Assembly: GCA_010015805.1 (NCBI GenBank)
Contig: ML978129.1
Coordinates: 620,001 to 684,000, forward strand
Direction of reading: 5' to 3'
Source: Rhizodiscina lignyota
Taxonomy: Eukaryota
DNA: 64,000 nucleotides
In this document: positions 51,549-62,388 of the stretch, in pieces
How positions within the stretch are numbered: the stretch's first letter is position 1
Layout of the letters: each line of letters opens with the position of its first letter
Notes under the pieces: model-generated
The model's input: only the letters and a program-made list of their open reading frames with translations
The model's database searches: none
Told to the model about the DNA's origin: nothing
Position numbers and translations under genes: made by a program

Positions 51549-52553
51549 TCATTTCTCTATTTCCCAAAGCTTCGCCTCTGCGCGTGACATTCTGCGTCCA
51601 GGATACATGTCTTTGATTTCGATACATGCAGTATCCTCTCCTTGGCAAAGGCTGTCGATGTTCAACGCTATCCGTATGTCACTTCTCGCACCGATTGCAA
51701 TTGTTTTAGCGTTGTCACCAGACTCTAAGCTTCGGAGATATTTGAGCTGGGCCGATCGAACATAGGCATCCCTGAGTAGTTGACCGTAGACTTCCAGGTG
51801 GTTCAAAATCTCAATGTAATCTTTCGCATTTGTGAGTAAGTTCTTGATTGGTCTTCCCATTTTGCACGCACTACCACCATCATGTAGGCAATGTTCGATA
51901 TCTAGTGTGCGGAATAAGTCGTCTGCCCTGCGGCGGGACCGTCTAACACTCGCGTGTTCGCACTGTTCACACGTGCATTGGAATCCATAGTTCTCGTGAA
52001 GGTATTTCTTCCGAATCTGGGGGCTTAAAACGTTAGAAAAATAATCGATCTCGATCTCTTGTCGCGATCTGATCTCGCGGATTGAACGAAGCTGTCCTTG
52101 ACCAGTTAAATCATTGAAAGAAAATACCGCATTTGGCTTACAAGTATGATTGGCCCTGCTAATATTCTCGTAGACTCGTACTATTGGAGTGCCGGGATCA
52201 TTGCCATCGTAAGTAGTAAACGAGTTCGATCTAATGCGCCAGTAGGTGCGATCCTCCGTCTTGCCATGATACGTCAAGTTTTGGATAATATCTTTCTCGT
52301 TCTGTGGCAGTTGCGCAATCGCATTCCCTACTGCGATCCAGGCAACGTTCGATGGAGATTCGAAGAACTTGTCCATGCGATCGGAGCCGTCCAGGTATTC
52401 AAAGCCAGGAATAACGGGAATCCCGTACCGAAATATTTCCTTCTCACTCAAGATAGTCGTTCCTTTGGGTATATCCACGGCGGCTATCAATCCATGGCCC
52501 TTTCCAGCCACTGGAATTATCCCCCAACTGTTTTCGAGATTAGTAGTTGACAT
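51549..52553 (-). CDS. SET-domain lysine methyltransferase (SMYD/Set5-like), copy B, intronless
   Basis: GKGHGLIA, ANHTCKPNA, QEIEIDY, post-SET YGFQCTCEQC. Confidence 0.88.
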   Translation of the reverse strand: MSTTNLENSWGIIPVAGKGHGLIAAVDIPKGTTILSEKEIFRYGIPVIPGFEYLDGSDRMDKFFESPSNVAWIAVGNAIAQLPQNEKDIIQNLTYHGKTEDRTYWRIRSNSFTTYDGNDPGTPIVRVYENISRANHTCKPNAVFSFNDLTGQGQLRSIREIRSRQEIEIDYFSNVLSPQIRKKYLHENYGFQCTCEQCEHASVRRSRRRADDLFRTLDIEHCLHDGGSACKMGRPIKNLLTNAKDYIEILNHLEVYGQLLRDAYVRSAQLKYLRSLESGDNAKTIAIGARSDIRIALNIDSLCQGEDTACIEIKDMYPGRRMSRAEAKLWEIEK

Positions 52554-53149
52554 TGTCGGAAGAAAAGTTGATAAGAAATTGTTTAGCGAATGAAATTGCC
52601 ACTAAAAAGGAACTATCGCACATTTTGCGGATATACATGATCGACTTTGCTTAATGTCCAGCTCACTGGATCACAAGGCACAAAGAATCTTATGAGGCTT
52701 TTGTTTGGGCCATCACCATTGTTGGAAAAGAAAAGACAAAAGAGAACCACAATGCCAAAGAAAGATGAACCTGCTATGATATTCATAGGGTACCGATAGG
52801 AAAGGTCAGAAAGTAGCCCATTGAAGAAGATGATGTTCATCGTCCATTGGTGATCGATAGGAGGTCTAGCAGACCTGTCGATATACAACAAAAGTGTGAA
52901 CAAGATTTATGGATCTAGATAAAGAGAACTTCTGTTATTGATAATGAACTCACAGGAAGAGACCTCAACTAAAGCTGAGGGATCTAGATCGCTTTGAGTC
53001 TCCTTAGTCGTTGGAGAACGGGAATTGGGGAGGAGATTTCATGAGGAGGCCCGACTTCGGCCCGGAGACAGACGAGACTGCAAGAAAGTTGAGAGAAGGT
53101 GCGTTTGAGGGCGAGCCCGCTACTTTCGTGCAAATATGATTGCGAGAAG

Positions 53150-53888
53150 ATGTCTGGGTCTCTTCGGCAGCTGTGGTACAGATGGAAGAGCCTGAAACTT
53201 CCATGGCGACGTCAATGGCTTTGTGGTAAGGCCTTCCAACGTCTGGAGCATGTCCGATTACCGAGCTCCATTAGCCACTGAATACTTCTCCAAATAATGT
53301 ATCAGGCTGCTAACTTGGAGATGCTTTAGGCACTGACCTAGCTGGGAATACATTCTGGGAGTTTAGAGACCAGCGAAATGCAGGTCGTATTCGTCGCATA
53401 GCCCGCTTCAGGTGGAAAACTCACCATGGGGATGTCGAACTACCACGTAAGGCATCTATTCAAAGCCTCAACCGAGCATTAGATTTGTATTCTAATACAT
53501 CTTAGCGCAATGGATCCAATGGCTCCGTCACACACGTGCAGATCCCCCCTCCATCAACGAGCAGAAGCTTGACCAAGTACGACAAATACAGCTGAAACAG
53601 CTGGCGGCCGAGGCGGATAGACGATGGGCTGAAAAGCCATCATTCCTCGACCCCCCGAGCAAGCAACAGCCCTCCATTGGAATATCTTCAGATATTGCCG
53701 AACCGCAGGATGCGCAAGGAACCACGCCGCGGCAAGACGGTCCGAAGGGCAAGACAGCAGAGCAAGAGAAAGCAGCGGAGCGGGCGAGAAGGGAAGAGGA
53801 AAGGGAACGCTGGCGTCGTGAGACTGGACAGCCGGCTCCAGAAACTCAACCCGAAGGTTGGTCTCCGAAGCCTACTCGGAGAAGATGA
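53150..53888 (+). CDS. NDUFAF2: Complex I assembly factor of the NDUFA12/NDUFAF2 (B17.2-like) family
   Basis: Spliced WYRWKSLKLPWRRQWLC/GTDLAGNTFWEF...RRI...P/QWIQWLRHTRADPPSINEQ...EADRRWAEKPS...EGWSP; 2 introns; not visible as one ORF in the track. Confidence 0.85.
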
Positions 53889-54116
53889 AGGACTCTTCAT
53901 AATGCCCGCAACAACTTACTTCACCACTCTATCATGTACTTTAACGCCATGCAGATAGCTGCCAAGGCTTCTCGCTGGTCTATTTGGCAGGTCGTGCTGT
54001 GGGAAAGCCCTCATCAACTGCCGTATCATTTTTGTATCGCATGGGGATTGGAGTACTACATCCACCATTCCATTGACATAGGTTCGTAGGGGCACCGAGA
54101 TGCCAGAACCTTTAAG

Positions 54117-55550
54117 TTACATGTCATCTTCATCGCTGCTTCCATCGTGAATCATCCCACCAAATCCATCTCTCTCCGCTCCGATTAACGGTGCCCTCTC
54201 GCCCTCTGTTCTGGCAAAATGGCTCCAAACACTAATTGCAAGTGTCGAGAGTCCATGCACGATAATCGATCCTAGCACCACGAAGCAAATCACAGGCCAA
54301 ACCATCTCTAACGCTCGCTGATTTCGCTCCGGTAATTTCCCGGGCAATGGCAGGTATGGCAAAGGTATCGATGTGCCTGTCTCCAGTTGAGCTCGTGCTT
54401 CAATTGCAAGAAACAGGGCGCCAACGCCCATGGGACCAAAATGCCCTGCAAAAAGAGCCTCGCGCCAGGTGCGGAGGTCGGACATAAGTGGCTTCAGAGC
54501 AAGGACGACCGGTATGCGGCGGAAGGCCAGGACGAGAAGCAGCAATACAAAGAGCCTTGCAGTTGTAAGGCCGGCAAGTCTTGACTCTGAGTCCGCACTT
54601 TCAAATGACGACCAAGGGATGCTGGCGCCAAAGTAGACAAACATGGTAGAGTTGAGCAGCAAGTCGACGACGTTGCCCAGACTGCTCTCTGCAGTCTTGG
54701 CCGAGAACCAGCCATCGTGAGCGAAGCTTGCACCTGCGGCGAAAGCGACAAGGAAGTCATCGATGCCAAGCGTGCTTGCGACTCCGATGCAGAAGATGGC
54801 CAGGAGCAGGTAGAAGACTAGGTATGTTGGAGGTGCAATAAGTTGCCGCCGATTGGAGAACTTGAGGAGCCAGTTGGCTGCACGGCCGATTACCACCCCA
54901 AGGAAAGTTCCAAAGACGCATTGCCATAGGATGGTGATCAGAAACCACTTCTTCAGTGTTCCGGTAAAAGTGCTCCTCTGAAGTATTGAAAGGCCGATGT
55001 AGAGGAAGGGAAAAGAGGTTCCATCATTGCACCCAGACTCTGCGGAAAGCATGTTCTTGATATGTCGTGGTATTCGCTCAGAGAAAACTGAGTTCCCAAG
55101 GACGCTAGACGCCAGTACCGGATCGGTAGGTGTGAGGCAGGCTGATATCACCAACGCGGTTTCAAAGCTGCAGTTGAACAGTAGGTATATGAAGAGCCCG
55201 CAAATAAGCCAACTGTACGCCATGACTGGGCCAATGAGCACTGCAACACTTTTCCAATGCTGTCTGAAATACTTCTTCGGGAGCTCAGCTCCGATTGCAA
55301 AGCACTGCACACCAACCACGACGCGAGTGATTTCTTGAATGACATTGTCGCCGAGGCCCCATTCTGCTGGCGTAACAACTCCTGCAGCTCGGGGGCCAAG
55401 GATGATGCCAGCCAGTGTAGCGAGTGGAGGTTCGGCAATATGGAGTCTGTTGCGGATGAAAAGAGAGAATAAAGCATATATTATGAGGAACGTCGAAAGG
55501 ACCAGGTAGCTCAGGTGAGGCGCAGTGGGTTCTATCTGATCCCACGCCAT
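54117..55550 (-). CDS. CPA1 Na+/H+ antiporter (Nha1/Sod2-like)
   Basis: Many TM segments; TPTDPVLAS, AESGCNDG, LGIDDFL, FRRIP, GHFGPMGVGA, IVHGLS. Confidence 0.93.
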   Translation of the reverse strand: MAWDQIEPTAPHLSYLVLSTFLIIYALFSLFIRNRLHIAEPPLATLAGIILGPRAAGVVTPAEWGLGDNVIQEITRVVVGVQCFAIGAELPKKYFRQHWKSVAVLIGPVMAYSWLICGLFIYLLFNCSFETALVISACLTPTDPVLASSVLGNSVFSERIPRHIKNMLSAESGCNDGTSFPFLYIGLSILQRSTFTGTLKKWFLITILWQCVFGTFLGVVIGRAANWLLKFSNRRQLIAPPTYLVFYLLLAIFCIGVASTLGIDDFLVAFAAGASFAHDGWFSAKTAESSLGNVVDLLLNSTMFVYFGASIPWSSFESADSESRLAGLTTARLFVLLLLVLAFRRIPVVLALKPLMSDLRTWREALFAGHFGPMGVGALFLAIEARAQLETGTSIPLPYLPLPGKLPERNQRALEMVWPVICFVVLGSIIVHGLSTLAISVWSHFARTEGERAPLIGAERDGFGGMIHDGSSDEDDM

Positions 55551-56416
55551 GCTGATTTATGACAGTCGGAGAAACTTTCGAAGGTACTCAGCATGTTAGG
55601 GGAAACAATGCAGAAGACAAGAAGTCAGAGAGGGAAAGGAGGTGGAGGTCTGGCAGGCTGGTGAGTTGAGAAAGAAGTTCCGGACGCGACGCGACATCCA
55701 AAACATCGTCATAGGCTTTTCCAAGCTTACTTCCCTGTCTGCCTAATACACGATATGTGCCTTCCAAGGCCCCTTATGCCACTGCACTGGTACAAAATCC
55801 GAACGATAATCTAGGTTTTAAGTGACCTAAGCAGTCTTTGCATCTTACGCCTTGAAATTCAGACACAAGTGAATGCCAACGGCTCCACCAAGTTGGTAGT
55901 GACCGGAGATAAGCAGTGGTCCATCCTCCGGCAACCGCGGTGTACTTTCAGGACACAAAGTCCTCGTTCTCGAGACACTGCATACTTAGAATATAGCACA
56001 GCATTTACCCTAGTTTAATATGTTGCAGCAGGCCTAACTCCGTTATGATTACTCTAACCATTATTCGTTTCATTGGCTGCAAGAGGTCTGAAATTATCCA
56101 GCTTTCTCACACTTAAATGTTTGCACGATCTTACTTAAACGTCTTTCCGATACAACAGAGCAATTATCGTACTGTAGTGTGGAAAGGTTTCATATTTGCC
56201 CAAAGAAGTTTCAGATATTAAGTAATTCAAATTAAAGGTCCAGAACGTGTAAAATGATCTTCAGACATTCCTTCAAAGCCCATCATCGTCAGTCATTCCA
56301 CCCTCACCAATAGGAAGAAATTGCTGCTGCGGAATCGGGGCATATACAACTTCTGGCACTTCTCAAGTGACCATTGAAGCCTGATCAGCCCTCTGAAGCC
56401 CTTTCTAGAACGTTAT

Positions 56417-58004
56417 TCACCGCTTTGTAGGGTTCCCATAGACCGCGGACGGTGTCAGACCACACGATGTGATCGTTTCCGTGGCCAATTTCGTCTTAGT
56501 TTCCGTGCACGTAGATATAATAGTGGAGTATATTGTCGACGGAGGACTGGGAGGCGCCGTCATCGTGACAACGTGACCGGGCAGTGTCTGATTGACGTAT
56601 TTGATCGATACCAACGTAGATGTCCCCTTTTGTGTGATTGTCGCAGTATTGATCTTGGTCAGCACAATGGTGGTAGGGCTAAAAACAGTCAGCGTCTTTG
56701 GCGCAGCTGACACAATTATTGTCGTGTTCCTTGGCGGAGGAATGTGCGTTGAAATGAAGATCGATGTAGTTGGTACAAGCTGCGTTGTCGTTGAGCCAGG
56801 CGCCGTAGAAATGAGGGTGGTGTTGAAGACCCTCGTTGTGGTCGACATTTGGGCCGGAGCTGTCGACGTAATGGTTTGGTTCGAGAATCGCACTACAGTG
56901 GACAAGATTGTCGTTGTAGGACCAGGAAGTGTATCAATGGATGTCGTGGTTAGGCGGAGCGTGTAGGTTGAGATTCGACCTGGAGCCATTGACACAACAG
57001 TTTGGTTCGCGATCTGGACGAGGGTCGATAAGACTGTTGTTGTGCTCCCATTTGCCTTGAGAGTCAGAGTCGATCCAGGGAGTGTCGACATGACCGTGGT
57101 CGTCCTTCCATTTGCAGTTAAAGTTGTGATTGAACCGGGCAGCGTCGTGGTAGAGCCGGCGAGAGTCCTGATTGATCCAGGGATTGTAGTAGTTTCTGTC
57201 ACGCGGATAGTGGATGCAGAGCACGAGCCTTTCAGATATTAGCTTCTCATATACATCGCTTTTTGTAAATGCGTTTGGCTTACCGATCACGGGAGACGCT
57301 ATTGTAGTAGGCAGATATTGGGTGTGAGTCGTAGGCAAATAGACTGCTCCCTATCAGCAACCATTTCTCGCAACTGTTTCCATAAAATGGGAAAACTCAC
57401 CTGTCTTGCCTGGATCCACAGAAATGGAGGTAAGGACTGCCGTCTGTCCAGAAATATACTGCGTTTTAGTGATAAAGTATGGCACTGTGGTTACAGAAGC
57501 GGGCAGAGTCTCGCAAGAAGCTGTGATCGTCGATATCTGATACTGGGTTGTTGTGGTACCCGTGGCATTCAGGAATTTTGTCACTATTGGGCCTGGAACG
57601 GTCGAAATAATCTGATTTTCGACGGTAGTGGTCGCTGTGGAACCAGGTGCGGTCTTTGTGACGATGGATGGGATACAGCTCGCATTGCTACTGATTAGCA
57701 CACTGGTCGTAACAGTCTCTGTTAGAGAAGTCGTAGATATTTCTGTCTTGGTTGTGCAGCTCGTTGAGGTCACTGTATGCGTGACTGGTGGTAATTGGAC
57801 AGTCGTAGTTTTGCATGCACTGCCGCCGCCAGGGGAAGTAGAGTTGGGTGGAGACTGTCCATATACCACCGGAGTGTATCGTCTTTCAACCTTTTCACGT
57901 TCCTCTAGTTCGCCGCTATGTCGCTTGAATAGTTGAGGCCAGGGAAAGGAAAGAGCCTGAGAGACAAGAAGAAAGGAGGTGATCAAGATCGAAACTTTCC
58001 ACAT
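56417..58004 (-). CDS. Secreted Thr-rich mucin-like / cell-wall protein
   Basis: Signal peptide MWKVSILITSFLLVSQALS, dibasic KR/RR sites, repeated ST(L/A)PGSTTT units, N-glycosylation sequons; 2 introns. Confidence 0.8.
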
Positions 58005-59011
58005 ACTTAGATTTCGCTGAAGAATCTTGACTGAAGAGTGAGTTGCAAGAGCAGAATGGATGAAGATTGAATTGGAAATGACAACGTTGTGAATATTATG
58101 GATTTATATATTAATAAGTATGCAAGAAAAGCTCCGCTCGCCGATCCCAATGATCTGGAAATATCAGCGAGTTATTGAGACACTGATGAACTTTGGAACT
58201 GGTTCCGGAAATTGGCGCATCTAGTCACAGGAAGAACAGAGGAATCAGATTCGATGGTCTTCACGCTGATAAGCTCGGTTGCACGTAGGACTGATGAGCG
58301 GAACGTTCACTGAAAGGACTCGAATGACGCGAGTAGGCACTATACAGGTGCATAGCGGTAGTGTATTGACTGTAGATGGAGTTGGATCCCGTAGATCCCG
58401 GTAATACGATCCGCAGTCGGCGTTGACATTGTTCTCCGGTCTTGTCTGGAGAAGTCTCAGTTATTCGCGCAGAGTTGAACATTCCCGGGTAACTATGTGT
58501 CACAGATGCTGCTGGTCTGATTTATTTCGGATCGGCATCGGTGCGCTCTGACGCAGGGACCCGAACCTTTGAACGCATTACGAAAATCAAGATGCATTCT
58601 TCGAATCACAGCAGGCTTAAATTTTTGAGTCCGTAGAATTCGAACAGCTCGTGCCGGAATGAGCCGCGACCGATCGTAGAGTGGCGCAAGATTGGAGGAG
58701 GGGTGGCTTGAGGAATTTGAGTAGAAGCTTTTTCCCAAGAGTCACAGAATATTCCGAGCTATCAAGATCGCGCAAAGATTCCACGAGAGCCGAATTACTA
58801 CCCTGGACAAAGCACAGATCCCGTCGGAAGATTCGGTGTGCGCTGTACGTATAGATTTGTAGACACGACATCGACGCAAGACTTCGCGTTGTGCGTTGTG
58901 GCTTTCGATAGCTCCATTTGGACGTTGTGTATACCGTACCGAATCTATTGCAAAGTCAAGTGAAAAATGTGTATGGTCCTATCGTTGGCAGGCCACGCAG
59001 AAAGCAACTCC

Positions 59012-60412
59012 TCATATTGTGCTGGCAAAGTACAACTTCTTGCGCCCTTGTAACGCAGCATCCACCGTGTCCACAACGTTCTTGGCGAAAGCGGTGTCCA
59101 AGAAAGCTACGCCCAATTCCTGGCTTGTGTAAAAGCTTGCGCGGTCTAAGTTTCCACTCCCAAGAACCACCCATTGATTATCCACGATAGTAAGCTTGAG
59201 ATGGGACTGAATGGGTTCCGCAATACCCCGGCCAGATCGAGGTGTGTAGTATTCAATCCGCAGCTGGCCCAAAGATCGTAGCCCAGCTTCTTCATCTCTT
59301 GAATTTGCTTGAACAAGGAAACGCTTGTACCTGCGTATGAGTCCCTTGAGGCATTGGGTCGTCGTGGTACCCGCCGTAACAAGTTGTTCGAGTATCATCA
59401 ATCGTTCGCTGGTGACGATGTGGACATCAACACCGCGTTGAAGGGCGTCGAGGAGGCCAGAGAGTACAGGCGGAGCAGTTACATTCGGTGTCTGGATGTA
59501 TATTGTTGTTGTAGCAGAAGAGAGCAATGTGACAAGGAACACATTGAGAGGCGTTGCTGGAGGCGCCATCGCCCTTTGCCACGGAAACGGACGGAAACAC
59601 GGGTTTCGATGATGTGGAGATGGAAGGAAGACAGATAGAACGCCTCTGCCAATCATTGCAGGTCTGTCCTCATTGAGGTGAGATTGCATGTGCTCAGCTT
59701 GACTTTCCGAAGGAAATGTGCCCCCGTGAGGGAGCCAGAAGGATGACCAGAAGTCGACAAATTTTGCCACGATGGGACCAGCTAGCCTAACGCAACCCTC
59801 GAACCACGTCTCCCAACTAACATTGCAGCTGGGAAGAAAAACGGTTTTCCTATCCACGATGATGAACTTGGGGTGCATGACGGAGAAAGGCAGGAAAAAC
59901 ATGCTTTTCACCGTCAGGTCGAGTCCGTTGAGTTCCGTAGGCGAAGGTAAACCAAGCTTAGACTGCCATTCCGAAGGCCTGTAGGTATAACCATTTGTAG
60001 AAGAAGTATGAAACAGCTTTTGGAGTAGAGACACAGACGACAAACCAATAAATACCTTGATTCTTGGTTTACCCTCTTGCACTACTCGACTAGATAACTT
60101 CTGCAAGCTGCTGTTCAGCCGATCCCTGGATGATGATCTGGCCCAAAAACATGTCACAATGACAAGCTCTGACTCCGCTCGTTCGACCTCAGGTAATACC
60201 GACTGAAAAATCTCGTCGCCGGATCCGAGGATGAGCGGATCAGGAATTGAATTGGAAACGAGGACATCTGGGTTCTTGTAGAAGTAGTTTGGATGTTCTC
60301 GTAATTTCGGAAGCATTATGCCTTCCTTCCATTTCTCGAGAAAGGTAGCGGTTGAGCTTGGCATGGCTTGGTACTGTGCCGCTGCAATCTGCACAAGAGG
60401 CGAAGAAGACAT
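59012..60412 (-). CDS. Phospholipase D superfamily protein with two HKD motifs
   Basis: HPKFIIVD and HLKLTIVD...GSGNLD; IYIQTPN; 466-aa ORF starting 1 nt after the TFB5 stop. Confidence 0.9.
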   Translation of the reverse strand: MSSSPLVQIAAAQYQAMPSSTATFLEKWKEGIMLPKLREHPNYFYKNPDVLVSNSIPDPLILGSGDEIFQSVLPEVERAESELVIVTCFWARSSSRDRLNSSLQKLSSRVVQEGKPRIKVFIGLSSVSLLQKLFHTSSTNGYTYRPSEWQSKLGLPSPTELNGLDLTVKSMFFLPFSVMHPKFIIVDRKTVFLPSCNVSWETWFEGCVRLAGPIVAKFVDFWSSFWLPHGGTFPSESQAEHMQSHLNEDRPAMIGRGVLSVFLPSPHHRNPCFRPFPWQRAMAPPATPLNVFLVTLLSSATTTIYIQTPNVTAPPVLSGLLDALQRGVDVHIVTSERLMILEQLVTAGTTTTQCLKGLIRRYKRFLVQANSRDEEAGLRSLGQLRIEYYTPRSGRGIAEPIQSHLKLTIVDNQWVVLGSGNLDRASFYTSQELGVAFLDTAFAKNVVDTVDAALQGRKKLYFASTI

Positions 60413-60446
60413 CTCAGTCCGAGCCGGATTCTTCGGCTTCCCTCAC
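60389..60446 (-). other. Candidate facultative 58-nt intron joining TFB5 in frame to the PLD ORF
   Basis: Minus strand ACT|GTGAGG...ACTGAG...tcttcttcgcctcttgtgCAG|ATT; phase 0 at both ends. Confidence 0.6.
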
Positions 60447-60754
60447 AGTGTCTTTGAGGGCCTCTTTCAGCTTGATCTTTAGTTCCGCCAGTTTGCTCTC
60501 CTTGATGATAACGGCTTCGTCGTCGAGATCCTCAAGAATGAACTCGTGATACTGAGAGTCGATTTTGTTGATGATGGCCTTGATAGACGCATCACACTGG
60601 ATGAGCACACCTGGTAACACCATGTCAGCGACGGTTTCATAATCTTTGACGTTGAACGAAGCGTCTGCTAAGCCTCAGTCAAGCTACATGAGAAGCAGCG
60701 CGTGGATGTCGCGTTCTCACGTGGCGATCACGTACCCTTAACTGCCTTCACCAT
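60414..60754 (-). CDS. TFB5: TFIIH subunit Tfb5/p8 (71 aa)
   Basis: MVKAVK/GVLIQCDASIKAIINKID...FILEDLDDEAVIIKE; exons 60736-60754 and 60414-60610. Confidence 0.93.
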
Positions 60755-61178
60755 TTTGACATTTAGAGTGCAGGGTTGACGGGGCCGTGGATCTATTTGT
60801 GTCTCAGATAGCGATATCAAAACCTTTTCCAGACGAATGTGAGAAGATAGGCAGAGGAGGATTGCACATGTAAGAAGTTTATTATTGGGCGTGATGTCGA
60901 CTCCGTTAAACGACAGGCTCGCGTAGGGGTTCGCCAGGCCGTTTTGGGTCTAGGCTTACACATCGAGCCCGAACGCTCACCTCATGCGACGGCGTTCAAC
61001 TTAATGTCCATAAAGAACCACTCACACTCAAATGTTCAATTCTCCCCGCTTCAAGCTGGGCTTTATTAGCAGACTCTCTTCATCATAATGGAGCCAAATT
61101 TCATCCAGAATTTCTGGTGACCGCTCTTACCGATCCTTCCGCTCCTTTCACTTCTCCCACTCGCGTGCCATACCACCA

Positions 61179-62024
61179 ATGCACCGAGTAACCCGTTCAC
61201 GATCCCCACGGGGCCCTCTTCAAGCATATTCGAGCTTCGTCCACTTCGTTCTTTTGTTCTTAATGTCATCAAGCATGTCGCTGGCACAAGATTCAACGAG
61301 CGCCACTTCAACAACTACCTCCCGTTCCTCCATCACTTCGACCGACGCCTCAGCATCAATCACCCCAACTTCGAGCTTTCGGTTGCACAGCACGCTCCTG
61401 ACATCGACTTCAGCTTCGAATTCATCCAGCGCGCCTCTTCAAACTGATCCGCCGCGACCCGGCTTCCCAGGCGATGACTCTCCCGCCGGCACACTCCCTG
61501 AAGACTCGGAACATTCCTCTGGCTTGCTCAATTACTATTTCGCCTTCCTTGCCGTCTTTGTCATCCTCCTGTTCCTTGCAATATGGTACATCCACCGACG
61601 AAAGAAGAAGTTAAAAGCCATGCGTGCTTCTGGTCGGACGAATGCTCTGGCTCGAGATTTGGATGGGTGGACCGGCAGTAGAAGATGGATGGGAGGCGCT
61701 TGGAGGGGTGGTATTGGCAGGCGAGACATTCGGACTGAAGATAGAGAGGAAGGGTTGAACGAACTGGGAGAAGCACCGCCCCCCTACAAAGCACGAGATT
61801 CGGTCATAGGGGGTGACCGACGGTCAGGAGAAAGGACTGAGAATAGTCTGACTGTCCCATTACGAGCCTTGGATAGAGATGGTAGGGCAGTCATGAAGCC
61901 TCCAGACTATCACGAGACGGTACGCGAACTTCCAGAGAGCCAAGCAGAAGCAGCAGAATCGAGTCGAGCGAACCCCTCCTCTAGCCAAAGGACTGCAGAG
62001 TCTCCTCAAGAAAATGAAAGATGA
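61179..62024 (+). CDS. Single-pass membrane protein with Ser/Thr-rich ectodomain and cytosolic PY motifs
   Basis: Signal-like N-terminus, S/T-rich region, TM YYFAFLAVFVILLFLAIWYI followed by RRKKK, EGLNELGEAPPPY and PPDY. Confidence 0.8.
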   Translation: MHRVTRSRSPRGPLQAYSSFVHFVLLFLMSSSMSLAQDSTSATSTTTSRSSITSTDASASITPTSSFRLHSTLLTSTSASNSSSAPLQTDPPRPGFPGDDSPAGTLPEDSEHSSGLLNYYFAFLAVFVILLFLAIWYIHRRKKKLKAMRASGRTNALARDLDGWTGSRRWMGGAWRGGIGRRDIRTEDREEGLNELGEAPPPYKARDSVIGGDRRSGERTENSLTVPLRALDRDGRAVMKPPDYHETVRELPESQAEAAESSRANPSSSQRTAESPQENER

Positions 62025-62388
62025 TAGTGGCGATGTTTTGAATTGGTGTCCGTCGATGATTTTGTAGCTGTATCATTTCATACCCAAGAGTTGGAATACG
62101 AAAACTGGGCGACGTTTAGGAGTTGATTTTTGTAGTAGCTTCTAGAGTTTCGATAGTGCATCGGGCTCACATCTGTCTTTACAAGAGGTGGAGTTGGCGC
62201 AACCTGATATCTTCTTCGAGGTATTATCGGATCACTACTGTACATATAATTGCAAACTGCAGCCTTTATGGCGCGGTCGTACATGCTCGGACAGCGTCGC
62301 TGAAATGGACAAAGCGCATTTCTAGCGCTATCGTACAATCTATTTACAATACCGGTGTGAATCGGTTCACCAGGTCTGATGTCGAGTC

